NCBI GenBank assembly: GCA_041749475.1
Contig: JBGTBD010000019.1
Location: 12,064-76,063, forward strand
Direction of reading: 5' to 3'
Origin: Rickettsiales bacterium
GTDB taxonomy: Bacteria; Pseudomonadota; Alphaproteobacteria; Rickettsiales; UBA998
DNA: 64,000 nt
Shown here: positions 11,288 through 21,299 of the stretch, piece by piece
Layout: every line of letters begins with the position of its first letter
Position numbering within the stretch: position 1 is the stretch's first letter
Notes under the pieces: model-generated
What the model was told of the DNA's origin: nothing
The model's input: the letters and a program-made list of their open reading frames with translations, nothing else
Databases searched by the model: none
Program-made: the position numbers and the translations under genes

Positions 11288-11821
11288 ATGGGCATTGAAG
11301 TCAAAGCGATCAAGGAACTCGGCGGCGCGATGATGGATGACCTCTGTCAGGCGACCGAGCACGCAATCCGTGACGGTATCGGCTTCAACTGGATCACTCC
11401 GCCTATCCGCGAGACGCTGGAATCCTACTGGCGCGGCGTTACCGTCGTTCCCGAGCGCTACCTCTTTGGGGGCTTCCTCGATGGCACGCTCTGCGCTTCC
11501 ATTCAACTGGTAAAGCCAAGCAAAAGTAAGGAAACCTCCTACTTCGCCGCCAGCATTGAAGGCCATTTCGTAGCACCTTGGGCGCGCGGCCATGGCCTTG
11601 CAAAATCATTACTGCACCTTGCCGAACGCGAAGCGATATCCTCCGGCTTTTCCGTGTTACGGCTGAACGTGCGCGAAACGCAGGAAGCCGCCATCCATCT
11701 CTACGAGGAAAACGGCTTCATCCGCTGGGGTGTATTGCCATACTACGAATATGTCAGCGGCCAGATGGTCGCCGGGCATTTCTTCTACAAGAAACTGGAA
11801 CCCATATCCCGCGTTGAATAA
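11288..11821 (+). CDS. GNAT-family N-acetyltransferase
   Basis: 177 aa with an acetyl-CoA binding segment (VAPWARGHGLAKSLL) and a LYEENGF motif. It is inserted between hisH and hisA with 2-nt and 0-nt gaps. Confidence 0.75.
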   Translation: MGIEVKAIKELGGAMMDDLCQATEHAIRDGIGFNWITPPIRETLESYWRGVTVVPERYLFGGFLDGTLCASIQLVKPSKSKETSYFAASIEGHFVAPWARGHGLAKSLLHLAEREAISSGFSVLRLNVRETQEAAIHLYEENGFIRWGVLPYYEYVSGQMVAGHFFYKKLEPISRVE

Positions 11822-12541
11822 ATGATCCTCTATCCCGCTATCGACATCAAGGACGGAAAATGCGTGCGACTATTGCGCGGCGATTTCGCGCATACCACCA
11901 TCTTCAATGACAGCCCCGCAGACCAGGCCGAGAAATTTGTCAAAGCCGGATTCAAGTGGCTGCACCTCGTGGATTTGGATGGTGCAGTGGAAGGTAAACC
12001 CGTCAACGAATCCGCTGTGAAAGACATCCTCTCCCGCGTCGACATCCCCGTGCAACTCGGCGGCGGCATCCGCTCCATGGCACAGATCGAGCGCTGGATC
12101 GACGCGGGCCTCAGCCGCATCATCCTCGGCACGGTCGCACTGAAGCAACCCGAACTCGTCCATAAAGCCTGCAAAGCCTTTCCCGGCAAGATTGCCGTTG
12201 GCATCGACGCCCGCAAGGGCATGGTCGCGGTGGAAGGCTGGCTGGAAGTCTCCAGCGTTTCAGCCCTCCATCTTGCCCGTCAATATGAGGATGCAGGCGT
12301 GGTCGCGCTCATCTACACCGATATCGGGCGCGACGGCGCATTACTCGGTCCGAATATCGAAGAGACTGCATTGATGGCAGCCTCGCTCACCATTCCCGTC
12401 ATCCTTTCGGGTGGCGTCACCAGCATCTCCGACCTTGACACCATAGCCCAATTTTCGAATCGCAATATTGAAGGCGCGATTATCGGTCGCGCCCTCTATG
12501 AAGGCACGATCACCACGGATGAGATAAAGGGGTATCTATGA
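11822..12541 (+). CDS. hisA: ProFAR isomerase (1-(5-phosphoribosyl)-5-[(5-phosphoribosylamino)methylideneamino]imidazole-4-carboxamide isomerase)
   Basis: MILYPAIDIKDGKCVRL..., LHLVDLDGA and GGGIRS motifs. Confidence 0.95.
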   Translation: MILYPAIDIKDGKCVRLLRGDFAHTTIFNDSPADQAEKFVKAGFKWLHLVDLDGAVEGKPVNESAVKDILSRVDIPVQLGGGIRSMAQIERWIDAGLSRIILGTVALKQPELVHKACKAFPGKIAVGIDARKGMVAVEGWLEVSSVSALHLARQYEDAGVVALIYTDIGRDGALLGPNIEETALMAASLTIPVILSGGVTSISDLDTIAQFSNRNIEGAIIGRALYEGTITTDEIKGYL

Positions 12542-12999
12542 AATATATAAGTGTCCTCGCGTTATTTTTCTTCTCGATATCAGCCCATGCAGAACCACGC
12601 GCCTGCACGGAGATGGGCTGCACGAGCGGCTTTACCATTCAAGTCTCCCCCGACTATCGCTGGCAACCCGGTCAATACCATTTCGCCTTCCAACTGGATG
12701 ACAAGACCATCACCTGCGATGGTGTATTACCGCTTCCTCCCTGCGAACAGAATGGCATGAAATGCTCCGCCGAAGGCGTTATCATCACCCAAAGCGGCTG
12801 CGCTCTGCCGAAAGAGGATCACGGCTTTGGTGATATGTTCCTCTCCATTTTCCCGAAACAGGTTGGCGTGAACATCACGCGTGATAGCAAGACCATCGCC
12901 GCCCAGCAATTCACCCCTGCCTATCAGGTATTGCAACCCAACGGTGAAGGGTGTGAGCCGGTCTGCAAACAAGCCACCACCACGCTCGACATCAAATAA
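12538..12999 (+). CDS. Exported Cys-rich hypothetical protein embedded in the his operon
   Basis: 153 aa with a cleavable signal peptide ([20 protein letters not shown]) and 8 Cys in the mature part. It has an ATGA overlap with hisA and a TAATG overlap with hisF. I recognise no family. Confidence 0.6.
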   Translation: MKYISVLALFFFSISAHAEPRACTEMGCTSGFTIQVSPDYRWQPGQYHFAFQLDDKTITCDGVLPLPPCEQNGMKCSAEGVIITQSGCALPKEDHGFGDMFLSIFPKQVGVNITRDSKTIAAQQFTPAYQVLQPNGEGCEPVCKQATTTLDIK

Positions 13000-13766
13000 T
13001 GCTGAAAGTCCGCATCATCCCCTGTCTCGACGTGCATGAAGGCCGCGTGGTCAAAGGCGTCAATTTCGTAAATTTGCGTGACGCAGGTGATCCAGTCGAA
13101 CAGGCAAAAATCTACGACGCCGCCGGTGCGGATGAACTTTGCTTCCTCGACATTTCCGCCTCGCACGAAGGCCGTAAGACCTTATATGGCATGGTCGAAA
13201 AAGTAGCAGAAGTCTGCCGCATCCCTTTCACCGTCGGCGGGGGTGTACGCGAGCTGGAAGATATTCGTAATTTGCTGCTGGCGGGTGCGGACAAAGTCTC
13301 CATCAACACCGCCGCCGTCACACGCCCTGAATTCGTCCGCGAAGCATCCGAGAAATTCGGTGCTCAATGCATCGTCGTCGCCATCGACGCCCGCTACGTT
13401 CCCGAAACCAAGAAGTTCGAGATATTCACGCATGGGGGGCGTAATGCAACAGGTATCGATGCAGTGGAATGGGCCAAGAAAATGGTTGCCTACGGCGCAG
13501 GGGAATTACTGGTCACCTCCATGGATCGTGACGGCACAGGCAAAGGCTTTGACGTGCCGATGACCCGCGCGATTGCCGATGCGGTATCGGTTCCCGTCAT
13601 CGCATCCGGTGGAGTAGGGACGCTGGAACATTTCACGCAAGGATTTGAAGAAGGCCACGCCAGCGCGTTGCTCGCCGCATCCGTCTTTCACTTCGGCACA
13701 TTCACCATCCCACAGGTCAAACAGACCTTGCAAGAATCAGGCATTCCTGTCAGGCTCGGCGCATGA
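12999..13766 (+). CDS. hisF: Imidazole glycerol phosphate synthase, cyclase subunit
   Basis: [19 protein letters not shown] and SGGVG motifs of HisF. Confidence 0.95.
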   Translation: MLKVRIIPCLDVHEGRVVKGVNFVNLRDAGDPVEQAKIYDAAGADELCFLDISASHEGRKTLYGMVEKVAEVCRIPFTVGGGVRELEDIRNLLLAGADKVSINTAAVTRPEFVREASEKFGAQCIVVAIDARYVPETKKFEIFTHGGRNATGIDAVEWAKKMVAYGAGELLVTSMDRDGTGKGFDVPMTRAIADAVSVPVIASGGVGTLEHFTQGFEEGHASALLAASVFHFGTFTIPQVKQTLQESGIPVRLGA

Positions 13767-14089
13767 AGAATCTGACTGATATTCTATCCCGTTTATTCGA
13801 CCTTGCCGAGGAGCGGAAGAGCGCCGATCCCGAGACGTCCTACATCGCCAAACTATTCAAGAAGGGTCGCAAAAAGATCGCCCAGAAAGTCGGTGAAGAA
13901 GGCGTAGAAGTCGCCATCGCCGCCGTGCAGGATAAGAAGATCGAGATCATCAAGGAAAGCGCTGACCTGCTATTCCACCTGCTGATTCTATGGAAACATG
14001 CAGAAGTCTCACCGGACGAAGTGGCGGAAGAATTAAACCGCCGCGAAAATACTTCCGGCCTTACCGAACGAAAAACCCGCCCTATGTAG
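13763..14089 (+). CDS. hisE: Phosphoribosyl-ATP pyrophosphatase
   Basis: 108 aa with [25 protein letters not shown] and [12 protein letters not shown], typical of HisE. It has an ATGA overlap with hisF. Confidence 0.9.
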   Translation: MKNLTDILSRLFDLAEERKSADPETSYIAKLFKKGRKKIAQKVGEEGVEVAIAAVQDKKIEIIKESADLLFHLLILWKHAEVSPDEVAEELNRRENTSGLTERKTRPM

Positions 14090-14112
14090 GGGCATTAATT
14101 ACGGAGACCCAC

Positions 14113-14700
14113 ATGAGTACACTTGATGCCGCTGGACAGAAATTACTCTTCATCGAAGCGCGAACCCATTCCGCATGGCTGGATAAACCAGTCGATGAGG
14201 AGCTGCTGAAACAGATTCATGACCTCTGCAAGTTTGGCCCTACGTCCGTTAATTGCTGCCCCATGCGCATCGTCTTCGTGAAGTCGAAAGAGGCCAAGGA
14301 AAAACTGAAACCATGCCTCGCTGAAGGTAATGTGGCAAAGACCATGGCCGCCCCCGTCATCGCCCTGATTGCGATGGATATGGAGTTCTACGAAAAACTG
14401 CCCAGACTCTTCCCCCACACGGACGCCCGTTCATGGTTCGTGGGGAATGAGGACTACATCACATCCACCGCCTTCCGTAACTCCTCGCTGCAAGGCGCAT
14501 ATTTCATGCTCGCGGCCCGCGCACTAGGTCTTGATTGTGGCCCGATGTCCGGTTTCGATAACGCGAAACTGGACGAGGCCTTCTTCAGCGGCACGAAATT
14601 TAAATCCAATTTCATCTGCAGTCTGGGATACGGTGACGCGTCCAAACTATACCCCCGTTCCCCACGCTTCGAATTCGACGAAGTGAACACGATTGTCTGA
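14113..14700 (+). CDS. Nitroreductase-family protein (RutE / malonic semialdehyde reductase-like)
   Basis: 195 aa from ATG 14113 ([22 protein letters not shown]...), with the conserved C-terminal GYGD and FDEV of the RutE-like nitroreductase family. The longer track ORF overlaps hisE and is not supported. Confidence 0.75.
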   Translation: MSTLDAAGQKLLFIEARTHSAWLDKPVDEELLKQIHDLCKFGPTSVNCCPMRIVFVKSKEAKEKLKPCLAEGNVAKTMAAPVIALIAMDMEFYEKLPRLFPHTDARSWFVGNEDYITSTAFRNSSLQGAYFMLAARALGLDCGPMSGFDNAKLDEAFFSGTKFKSNFICSLGYGDASKLYPRSPRFEFDEVNTIV

Positions 14701-14701
14701 T

Positions 14702-15070
14702 ATGGCATACGACAAGAATAATATTTTCGCAAAAATCCTGCGTGGCGAGATTCCCTGCAAGAAGGTGCATGAGGATGGTGCGGTACTGGCGTTCGAGGAT
14801 ATTTCTCCATCCGCACCGACGCATGTGCTGGTGATTCCCAAAGGCGAGTATATCTCCTTCGAGGATTTTACCGCAAAAGCGGATGACAAGACCATCGCCA
14901 CTTTCTTCAAGACCGTTCGCATGCTGGTCGAAAAACTGGGCGTCACAGAAAACGGTTTCCGCCTCATCACCAACCACGGCGAACACGGCTCCCAATCCGT
15001 CCCGCATTTCCATGTGCATATATTGGGGGGTCGTACGTTGGGTGCGTTACTGCCGGACGATAAAAATTAA
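14702..15070 (+). CDS. HIT-family (HinT-like) nucleotide hydrolase
   Basis: Histidine triad HFHVHILGG and an N-terminal IFAKILRGEIP. Confidence 0.9.
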   Translation: MAYDKNNIFAKILRGEIPCKKVHEDGAVLAFEDISPSAPTHVLVIPKGEYISFEDFTAKADDKTIATFFKTVRMLVEKLGVTENGFRLITNHGEHGSQSVPHFHVHILGGRTLGALLPDDKN

Positions 15071-15150
15071 CTGTCATCCCCGCGGAAGCGGGGATCCATG
15101 GTGCAGTATACGCTACGAAAATGGATTCCCGCTTTCGCGGGAATGACATA
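15071..15150. repeat. REP-like inverted pair: two GTCAT(C/T)CC-hairpin-GGA(A/T)TCCA units facing each other
   Basis: gtcatccccgcggaagcggggatccatgg at 15073..15101 faces the reverse complement of gtcattcccgcgaaagcgggaatccatt at 15121..15148. Each unit holds a 7-8 bp GC stem with a GNAA tetraloop. The element lies between the convergent HIT and maf genes. The same family occurs at 23154..23237 and 50688..50736. Confidence 0.8.
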
Positions 15151-15158
15151 ATAGGAAA

Positions 15159-15722
15159 TTAGCGCAACGCCGCCAGCATCTGGCAGGTCTCCATCACCGG
15201 CAACCCCACCACATTCGTATAAGACCCATGTACCGCCTTCACGAATAGTGCTGCTTTACCCTGGATCGCATATCCCCCCGCCCGGCCTTCCCATTCACCG
15301 CTGGCGATATACCAATCAATTTCATTCGGGTGGAGAGCTTTAAACTGCACCTGCGTCATCACACACCGCGCCTGCGCCAGATCTTTCGCCAACAACTGCA
15401 CTGCCGTATACACCCGATGACGCCGACCGGAAAGCTTGGAGAGAAACAGGCGTGCCTCTTTCTCGTCCATAGGTTTGCACAGAATCCGCCGCCCGATAGC
15501 GACCACCGTATCCGCCGCCAGCACTGCCGACTCCGGATGCAGCGTATGCACGGCGGCCGCTTTCTCCTGCGCGATGCGCTTTACATACACCTCTGGCAAC
15601 TCACCCTTACGCGGTGACTCGTCGATATCCGGTGCGATGATAGATGTGGGAACAATATCGACCTGCGCCAGCAGGTCGCGGCGGCGGGGGGAGGCGGAGG
15701 CAAGGATAAATGGCAAAGGCAT
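15159..15722 (-). CDS. maf: Maf-like nucleoside triphosphate pyrophosphatase
   Basis: Start at ATG 15722 (MPLPFILASASPRRRDLL...), followed by the AGGYAIQG motif. Confidence 0.9.
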   Translation of the reverse strand: MPLPFILASASPRRRDLLAQVDIVPTSIIAPDIDESPRKGELPEVYVKRIAQEKAAAVHTLHPESAVLAADTVVAIGRRILCKPMDEKEARLFLSKLSGRRHRVYTAVQLLAKDLAQARCVMTQVQFKALHPNEIDWYIASGEWEGRAGGYAIQGKAALFVKAVHGSYTNVVGLPVMETCQMLAALR

Positions 15723-15750
15723 GTCTTTGCGCCCCCGTTTACAAAAAGGA

Positions 15751-15969
15751 TTATTTGTGGCGGAACTTGATGCGCGCTTTGGAGAGATCATACGGCGTCA
15801 TCTCGACCGTGACCTTGTCGCCGGCGAGCACGCGGATGCGGTTCTTGCGCATACGGCCAGAGCTATGCGCCAGCACTTCATGGCCATTATCCAGTTTCAC
15901 CTGAAACATGGTGTTGGGGAGTACTTCAAGTACCGTCCCTTCGAATTCGATGAGTTCTTCTTTAGACAT
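15751..15969 (-). CDS. infA: Translation initiation factor IF-1
   Basis: 72 aa from ATG 15969: [61 protein letters not shown]. Confidence 0.95.
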   Translation of the reverse strand: MSKEELIEFEGTVLEVLPNTMFQVKLDNGHEVLAHSSGRMRKNRIRVLAGDKVTVEMTPYDLSKARIKFRHK

Positions 15970-16008
15970 TAAACCTCTGATTTTCTTGGGGCAAACCTCT
16001 AACACACC

Positions 16009-16488
16009 CTATTTGATATGTAAAACGCAAATTAAGGTGAACAGACGCCGCGCCGTGTCGAAATCCATCTCGATTTTATCCTTCAGCATATCTTTCAGCA
16101 ATTGGGAGCCTTCGTTATGCACCCCCCGGCGACCCATATCCACCGCTTCCACCCGGTAGTTATTGGCCATCTTGATGGCCTCAAAGTAGCTCTCACAAAT
16201 GAGGAAATAATCTTTAATAATTTTTTTCAAAGGAAAAACAGGCACTTGAACCAGATGCGGTGTTTTCAGCGTCGCCGAGGAAATGCTGAGATGCATCCGG
16301 TTCTCGCGCACGCTCAGGAAGACTTTATACGGCCCCGCGTTGATGCCGATGGGCGCGAACTGGTTATTATGTACGATGTCGATCAGCGCGATCATGCGCT
16401 CATGTTCGACCTCGGGAGCGCGCTTGATGATGCTTGCATCGTCGAGCGTGATTGCTTCAATCCGCTCGGTGCGCTCCCCCGGCTTCAT
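16009..16488 (-). CDS. UPF0262-family protein
   Basis: 159 aa with a PEVEHERMIALIDIVHNNQF motif. The position between hisD and infA is typical of alphaproteobacterial UPF0262. It has a TAATG overlap with hisD. Confidence 0.7.
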   Translation of the reverse strand: MKPGERTERIEAITLDDASIIKRAPEVEHERMIALIDIVHNNQFAPIGINAGPYKVFLSVRENRMHLSISSATLKTPHLVQVPVFPLKKIIKDYFLICESYFEAIKMANNYRVEAVDMGRRGVHNEGSQLLKDMLKDKIEMDFDTARRLFTLICVLHIK

Positions 16489-17780
16489 TACTGCTCACCC
16501 CGGATAATGACCGAGAGCGCATGCGCCCCCAACCCTTCGGCTTCAGCGAGCGCTGCCGTTGCGCTGGCGAGGGCGCGGAAGGCATCCGGGCTGCACCCGA
16601 TCAGCGACGTCTTCTTGATGAAATCATAGACCGACAAGCCGGACGAGAACCGCGCTGCGCCCGTGGTCGGAAGCACGTGCGACGGCCCGGCGATATAATC
16701 CCCGATCGCCTCAGGTGTATGATGCCCGATAAAAATCGCCCCCGCGTGACGGATGGATTTCAGGAGCGGCTCCGGGTCAGCGACCATGAGCTCCAGATGC
16801 TCCGGAGCAATGACATCTACGATGGCAGGCATCTCTTTCACATTGCCGACAAGAATGGTGACACCATGGGTCCGGATGGAATACTCGGCGATCTCCTTAC
16901 GTGGAAGGGTAGAAAGTACTTTTTCTATTTCATGATCCACTGCATCGGCCAACGCTGCATCATCCGTAATCAGCACCGATTGTGCATCCCTGTCATGCTC
17001 GGCTTGCGACAGTAAATCCGCTGCTACCCAAGCAGGATTAGCGGTCTTATCCGCCAGCACCAGAATCTCCGACGGGCCAGCGATGGTGTCGATGCCGACG
17101 ATGCCGAACACCTGCCGCTTCGCTTCCGCCACATAGGCATTGCCGGGGCCGACGATTTTATCGACAGCCGTAATGGTCTCCGTGCCGTACGCGAGCGCGG
17201 CGACTGCCTGTGCTCCGCCGATTTTATACACCTCATCCACGCCTGCGATCTTCGCCGCATAAAGCACTGCCGGATTGATGGCGCCACGCGGCGTCGGCGC
17301 GACCATGACGAGCCGCTTCACCCCCGCCGCTTTCGCGGGGATCGCGTTCATCAACACGGAACTGGGATAGGACGCTGTGCCGCCGGGAACATATAATCCA
17401 ACAGCGTCGATCGCGCTCCAGCGCATGCCCAGACGCACCCCCAGCGCGTCCGTATAATCCGTATCCGCCGGACGCTGGTCGGCATGAAAGGCGCGGATGC
17501 GCTCTGCGGCCAAACGCAACGCGGCTTTCACCGGTTCCGGACACGCGACTTCCGCCGCCGCGATTTCTTCTGCACTGACGCGCATGGTAGTGGCGGTATA
17601 GTCGATATGGTCGAATTGTTTAGTATAGGAAAGCAGGGCCGCATCGCCCTTGGTTTTCACTGACTGCAGAATATCGCTGACCGTTCCGGCCACGGAGGAT
17701 TCCGACACGCGCCGCGCATCGAGCGACGCTTTCAGTTGCGCTGCGAAATCAGGTGCGGAGGCGGAAAGACGCTTAAGCAT
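16488..17780 (-). CDS. hisD: Histidinol dehydrogenase
   Basis: Start at ATG 17780 ([12 protein letters not shown]...). HisD motifs GLYVPGG.A.YPSSVLM, IAGPSE and QAEHD are present. Confidence 0.95.
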   Translation of the reverse strand: MLKRLSASAPDFAAQLKASLDARRVSESSVAGTVSDILQSVKTKGDAALLSYTKQFDHIDYTATTMRVSAEEIAAAEVACPEPVKAALRLAAERIRAFHADQRPADTDYTDALGVRLGMRWSAIDAVGLYVPGGTASYPSSVLMNAIPAKAAGVKRLVMVAPTPRGAINPAVLYAAKIAGVDEVYKIGGAQAVAALAYGTETITAVDKIVGPGNAYVAEAKRQVFGIVGIDTIAGPSEILVLADKTANPAWVAADLLSQAEHDRDAQSVLITDDAALADAVDHEIEKVLSTLPRKEIAEYSIRTHGVTILVGNVKEMPAIVDVIAPEHLELMVADPEPLLKSIRHAGAIFIGHHTPEAIGDYIAGPSHVLPTTGAARFSSGLSVYDFIKKTSLIGCSPDAFRALASATAALAEAEGLGAHALSVIIRGEQ

Positions 17781-18426
17781 GCGTCGCCTCGCGGAACGCT
17801 TCGAGCAACGCATTCAGCGGCTCGCCCATCGTCTTATACGCCGCGCGGTTGATGATAAGGCGAGAGGAGACATCCGTGATCTTTTCCACCTCGACCAGCC
17901 CGTTGGCTTTCAGCGTCGCACCGGAGGAGACAAGGTCAACGATGCGCTCGCATAAACCCAGTGAAGGCGCTAACTCCATCGCCCCGTTCAGCTTGATGCA
18001 TTCCGCCTGCACCCCGCGCTTGGCGAAATATTCCTGCGTGATGCGCGGATATTTGGTGGCGACGCGGATATGGCTCCAGCGTGAAGGGTCGTCATGTGCC
18101 GCAATCGCTTCCGGCTCGGCGACCGATAGGCGGCAATGCCCGATATTGAGATCGAGCGGCGCATAGATGTCGGGATAATTGAACTCCATCAACACATCGC
18201 TCCCCGCCACCCCCACCTGCGCCCCGCCATAAGCGACGAAGGTGGCCACATCGAAACTCCTGACCCGGATCAACCCGAATTCAGGCCGATTCGTCGAGAA
18301 TTGCAACCGACGATCCCCCTCATCGAAAAACGCTTCCTCCGGCACGATACCCGCAGCATTCAGCAACGGCTGAAGCTCTTTCAGGATACGTCCCTTGGGG
18401 ACAGCGATGATGATGGGCTGGGTCAT
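17773..18426 (-). CDS. hisG: ATP phosphoribosyltransferase, short form
   Basis: 217 aa with [28 protein letters not shown] and [15 protein letters not shown]. The length indicates the short (HisZ-dependent) form. Confidence 0.9.
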   Translation of the reverse strand: MTQPIIIAVPKGRILKELQPLLNAAGIVPEEAFFDEGDRRLQFSTNRPEFGLIRVRSFDVATFVAYGGAQVGVAGSDVLMEFNYPDIYAPLDLNIGHCRLSVAEPEAIAAHDDPSRWSHIRVATKYPRITQEYFAKRGVQAECIKLNGAMELAPSLGLCERIVDLVSSGATLKANGLVEVEKITDVSSRLIINRAAYKTMGEPLNALLEAFREATHA

Positions 18427-18430
18427 AAGG

Positions 18431-19414
18431 TTATCCTCTAAAGGATATTTGAGAAAAATCCACTAGGCAGTTATTTATTCCGTTGCTTTTTAATAGTAGA
18501 TTCATCGCATGTTTGTTGATGGGACTCATTAAAAGGGGCCCTAAAAGTAATTTAGTAACCTTATCTGGTCTAAACGCAAACTCTACATAGGGTTTTATAA
18601 GGTTATTTTTTCCAATAAAATCAACTTCATAAGATAATTTATCAGGAATTAAGCAAACTACTCTTGCTTCGCATTCATGATAAAAGGAACTGTATTTGCA
18701 TGTGAGTATGTCTAATATACATATTTCAGTTAACCAGCTCCACCAAGCCTTTACAACATCTTCATTTTCTATCGGAAAATCTTTTGTATAATTTGCAGTT
18801 AAGCTTTTGCAAACCTCTTCTAAAAACTCTTCCGCAAAATTTTTCTTTTTCTCAAATGAGCTATAATTTACCTGACTTGAAAATAGCTGGTAGTTATCAG
18901 GAATCTGAAATACCTGTTCTGGGGCTTCGGCAGGAAAACCAATTGCACACCCTTTTCCGTAATCTGAATATGCCAACCACTGGCTTAAATTATCTCCTTG
19001 GGTGCTAAAGCTAGCTACATATATATCAAATATGGGAAAGACATCCTCCTCAATATTTCTATAACCAAGATTAAACATCTCTTCTTTGACGGTTTCATTG
19101 TGGCAACGAAGTGAAAGTGAAATTTTTAGAAATGCTAACAGAGCAGCGAATAATGCCGCAGCGTCTTGTAGTTTGGCAATGCTAAGTTTGGTAATCATCT
19201 GAGGAACCAAAGTTTCTAAAATTTTCATTCCCTCATCTAATTCTGAAGAATCATTTAGATAGCGCGCCTCTGTAAATCGAAGGGTTTTTTGTTTTAGTAT
19301 ATTTAATGTGGCTTCAAGATTTGTGTAATGAAAAACTGTATCTATGTCTTTGCTACCAAAGTGCTTTTTTAACAAAGCATTTCGGGTAACCACCAATTGG
19401 TTTTGTGCCGTCAT
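18431..19414 (-). CDS. DUF2971-like protein of unknown function, encoded on an AT-rich insert
   Basis: 327 aa. It carries the DUF2971 hallmarks as I recall them: [31 protein letters not shown] near the N-terminus, [29 protein letters not shown], and [12 protein letters not shown]+C is far below the flanks. The start ATG shares a base with the murA stop (TAATG). Confidence 0.75.
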   Translation of the reverse strand: MTAQNQLVVTRNALLKKHFGSKDIDTVFHYTNLEATLNILKQKTLRFTEARYLNDSSELDEGMKILETLVPQMITKLSIAKLQDAAALFAALLAFLKISLSLRCHNETVKEEMFNLGYRNIEEDVFPIFDIYVASFSTQGDNLSQWLAYSDYGKGCAIGFPAEAPEQVFQIPDNYQLFSSQVNYSSFEKKKNFAEEFLEEVCKSLTANYTKDFPIENEDVVKAWWSWLTEICILDILTCKYSSFYHECEARVVCLIPDKLSYEVDFIGKNNLIKPYVEFAFRPDKVTKLLLGPLLMSPINKHAMNLLLKSNGINNCLVDFSQISFRG

Positions 19415-20709
19415 TAAGCAACCCTTGAAATCTGCGCCCCACAGGCGTTCAGCTTCTCTTCCAGCCGTTCATAGCCCCGGTCGAGGTGGTAGACGCGGTG
19501 GATGATGGTCTCGCCGGGAGCGGCTAGACCTGCGATGACGAGGCTTACGGAAGCGCGCAGGTCGGTCGCCATCACTTCCGCGCCTTTCAGTTCTTTCACG
19601 CCGCGCACCAGCGCGGAGGAGCCGTGGACGGTGACGTTCGCGCCCATCCGCGTCAATTCCGGCACGTGCATGAAGCGATTCTCGAAAATCGTCTCGGTGA
19701 TCATGGAAGCACCACTCGCCATGCTCATCAACCCCATGAACTGCGCCTGCATGTCGGTCGGGAAACCGGGATAGGGCTGGGTCATGACATCGACGCCCAT
19801 CAACCCGTCCGGGCAGGTGACGCGGAGTCCCGCGTCGGTATCATGAAACAGCACGCCCGCTTCCTCGAACTTTTCGGTGACGGAGGTCATGATGCGCGAA
19901 TCGATTCCCGTCAGCGTCACGTCCCCTTTGGTGATGGCGGCGCAGGCGATATAGGTTCCCGCTTCGATGCGGTCACAGATGACGGGATGCGTCGCGCCAT
20001 GAAGTTTTTCAACGCCCTCGATAGTCAACGTATCCGTGCCGATGCCCTGGATTTTCGCGCCCATCAGGACGAGGCAATTAGCAAGGTCGGTCACTTCCGG
20101 CTCACGCGCGGCATTTTGCAAAATGGTTGTGCCTTCTGCCAGCGTCGCTGCCATCAAAATATTCTCGGTCGCGCCGACGGAGACTTTCTCGAAGTTGATG
20201 GTGGTTCCCTTTAGCCGCCCGTTGCAGGAGGCTTGCACATACCCGCCTGTCAACTCAATGGTCGCGCCCAATTCTTCCAGCGCTTTCAGATGCAAATCGA
20301 TAGGCCGCGTCCCGATGGCGCATCCGCCGGGGAGTGACACCCGCGCCGACCCGAACCGCGCGAGGAGGGGGCCAAGCACCAGCACCGAAGCCCGCATGGT
20401 GCGCACAAGGTCATACGGCGCAGTGAGATTGTGGATATTCTGGGCTTTCAACCGCAATATGCGCCCAGCAGTATGCTTATTACGCAGCCGGAAATCCTCC
20501 GACTGATCCACCATCGTCAACTCCACCCCATGCTGCATGAGGAGCTTCGCCATGGTGATGATGTCCGCAAGATAGGGGACATTCGTGAAGGTGATTTCCT
20601 CTTCCGACAATAATGCCGCGCACATCAAGGGAAGCGCCGCATTCTTCGCCCCGCTGATGGCAATCGTCCCGTGAAGGGTATTGCCCCCGATGATCTTGAT
20701 TTTATCCAT
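19414..20709 (-). CDS. murA: UDP-N-acetylglucosamine 1-carboxyvinyltransferase
   Basis: Start at ATG 20709 ([27 protein letters not shown]...). The catalytic Cys lies in [15 protein letters not shown]. Confidence 0.95.
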   Translation of the reverse strand: MDKIKIIGGNTLHGTIAISGAKNAALPLMCAALLSEEEITFTNVPYLADIITMAKLLMQHGVELTMVDQSEDFRLRNKHTAGRILRLKAQNIHNLTAPYDLVRTMRASVLVLGPLLARFGSARVSLPGGCAIGTRPIDLHLKALEELGATIELTGGYVQASCNGRLKGTTINFEKVSVGATENILMAATLAEGTTILQNAAREPEVTDLANCLVLMGAKIQGIGTDTLTIEGVEKLHGATHPVICDRIEAGTYIACAAITKGDVTLTGIDSRIMTSVTEKFEEAGVLFHDTDAGLRVTCPDGLMGVDVMTQPYPGFPTDMQAQFMGLMSMASGASMITETIFENRFMHVPELTRMGANVTVHGSSALVRGVKELKGAEVMATDLRASVSLVIAGLAAPGETIIHRVYHLDRGYERLEEKLNACGAQISRVA

Positions 20710-20714
20710 AGGTT

Positions 20715-21299
20715 TTAAGCTTTTCGCTGGGCGGAGAGGAGCGGCTCGACCTTCGGCAACGTCACCCCGGTCTGCTTCATGTACTTCCCCTTGCGGTCGC
20801 CGTAGGATGTTTCGCATAATGAATCCGCTTTCAGGAACAGGAATTGGCACGCACCTTCATTGGCGTAAATCTTGGCTGGCAGGGGCGTCGTGTTGGAAAA
20901 CTCCAGCGTCACATGCCCTTCCCATTCCGGTTCAAGTGGCGTGACGTTGACGATGATACCGCACCGCGCATAGGTGCTTTTACCGACGCAGATCACCAGC
21001 ACATCGCGCGGGATACGGAAATACTCGACCGTCCGCGCCAGCGCAAAACTATTGGGCGGGATGACGCAGACATCCGTCTCCCGATCCACGAATCCCTTGC
21101 TGCTGAAATCCTTGGGGTCAACGACCGCGGAATCGACGTTGGTAAAAATCTTGAATTCCGAGGAAACCCGTGCGTCATACCCGTAGGACGACACCCCGTA
21201 TGAGATAACCCCCTCACGGGTCAACCCTTCCACGTACGGCTCAATCATGCCTTGTTCTTTCGCCATCTTGCGAATCCAATGGTCGGGCATTACGGACAT
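20715..21299 (-). CDS. dcd: dCTP deaminase
   Basis: [20 protein letters not shown]-terminus, with [20 protein letters not shown] in the active-site region. Confidence 0.95.
   Translation of the reverse strand: MSVMPDHWIRKMAKEQGMIEPYVEGLTREGVISYGVSSYGYDARVSSEFKIFTNVDSAVVDPKDFSSKGFVDRETDVCVIPPNSFALARTVEYFRIPRDVLVICVGKSTYARCGIIVNVTPLEPEWEGHVTLEFSNTTPLPAKIYANEGACQFLFLKADSLCETSYGDRKGKYMKQTGVTLPKVEPLLSAQRKA

Noticed and set aside
13990-14112. Upstream extension of the nitroreductase ORF (track start 13990)
   Set aside because: The extension overlaps the 3' end of hisE in another frame. The conserved nitroreductase sequence begins at ATG 14113.
14967-15149. 60-aa ORF beginning MSFPRKRESI... across the HIT-maf intergenic region
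   Set aside because: It is the translation of the REP-like palindromic units (gtcattcccgcgaaagcgggaatcc). This is a known source of spurious small ORFs.
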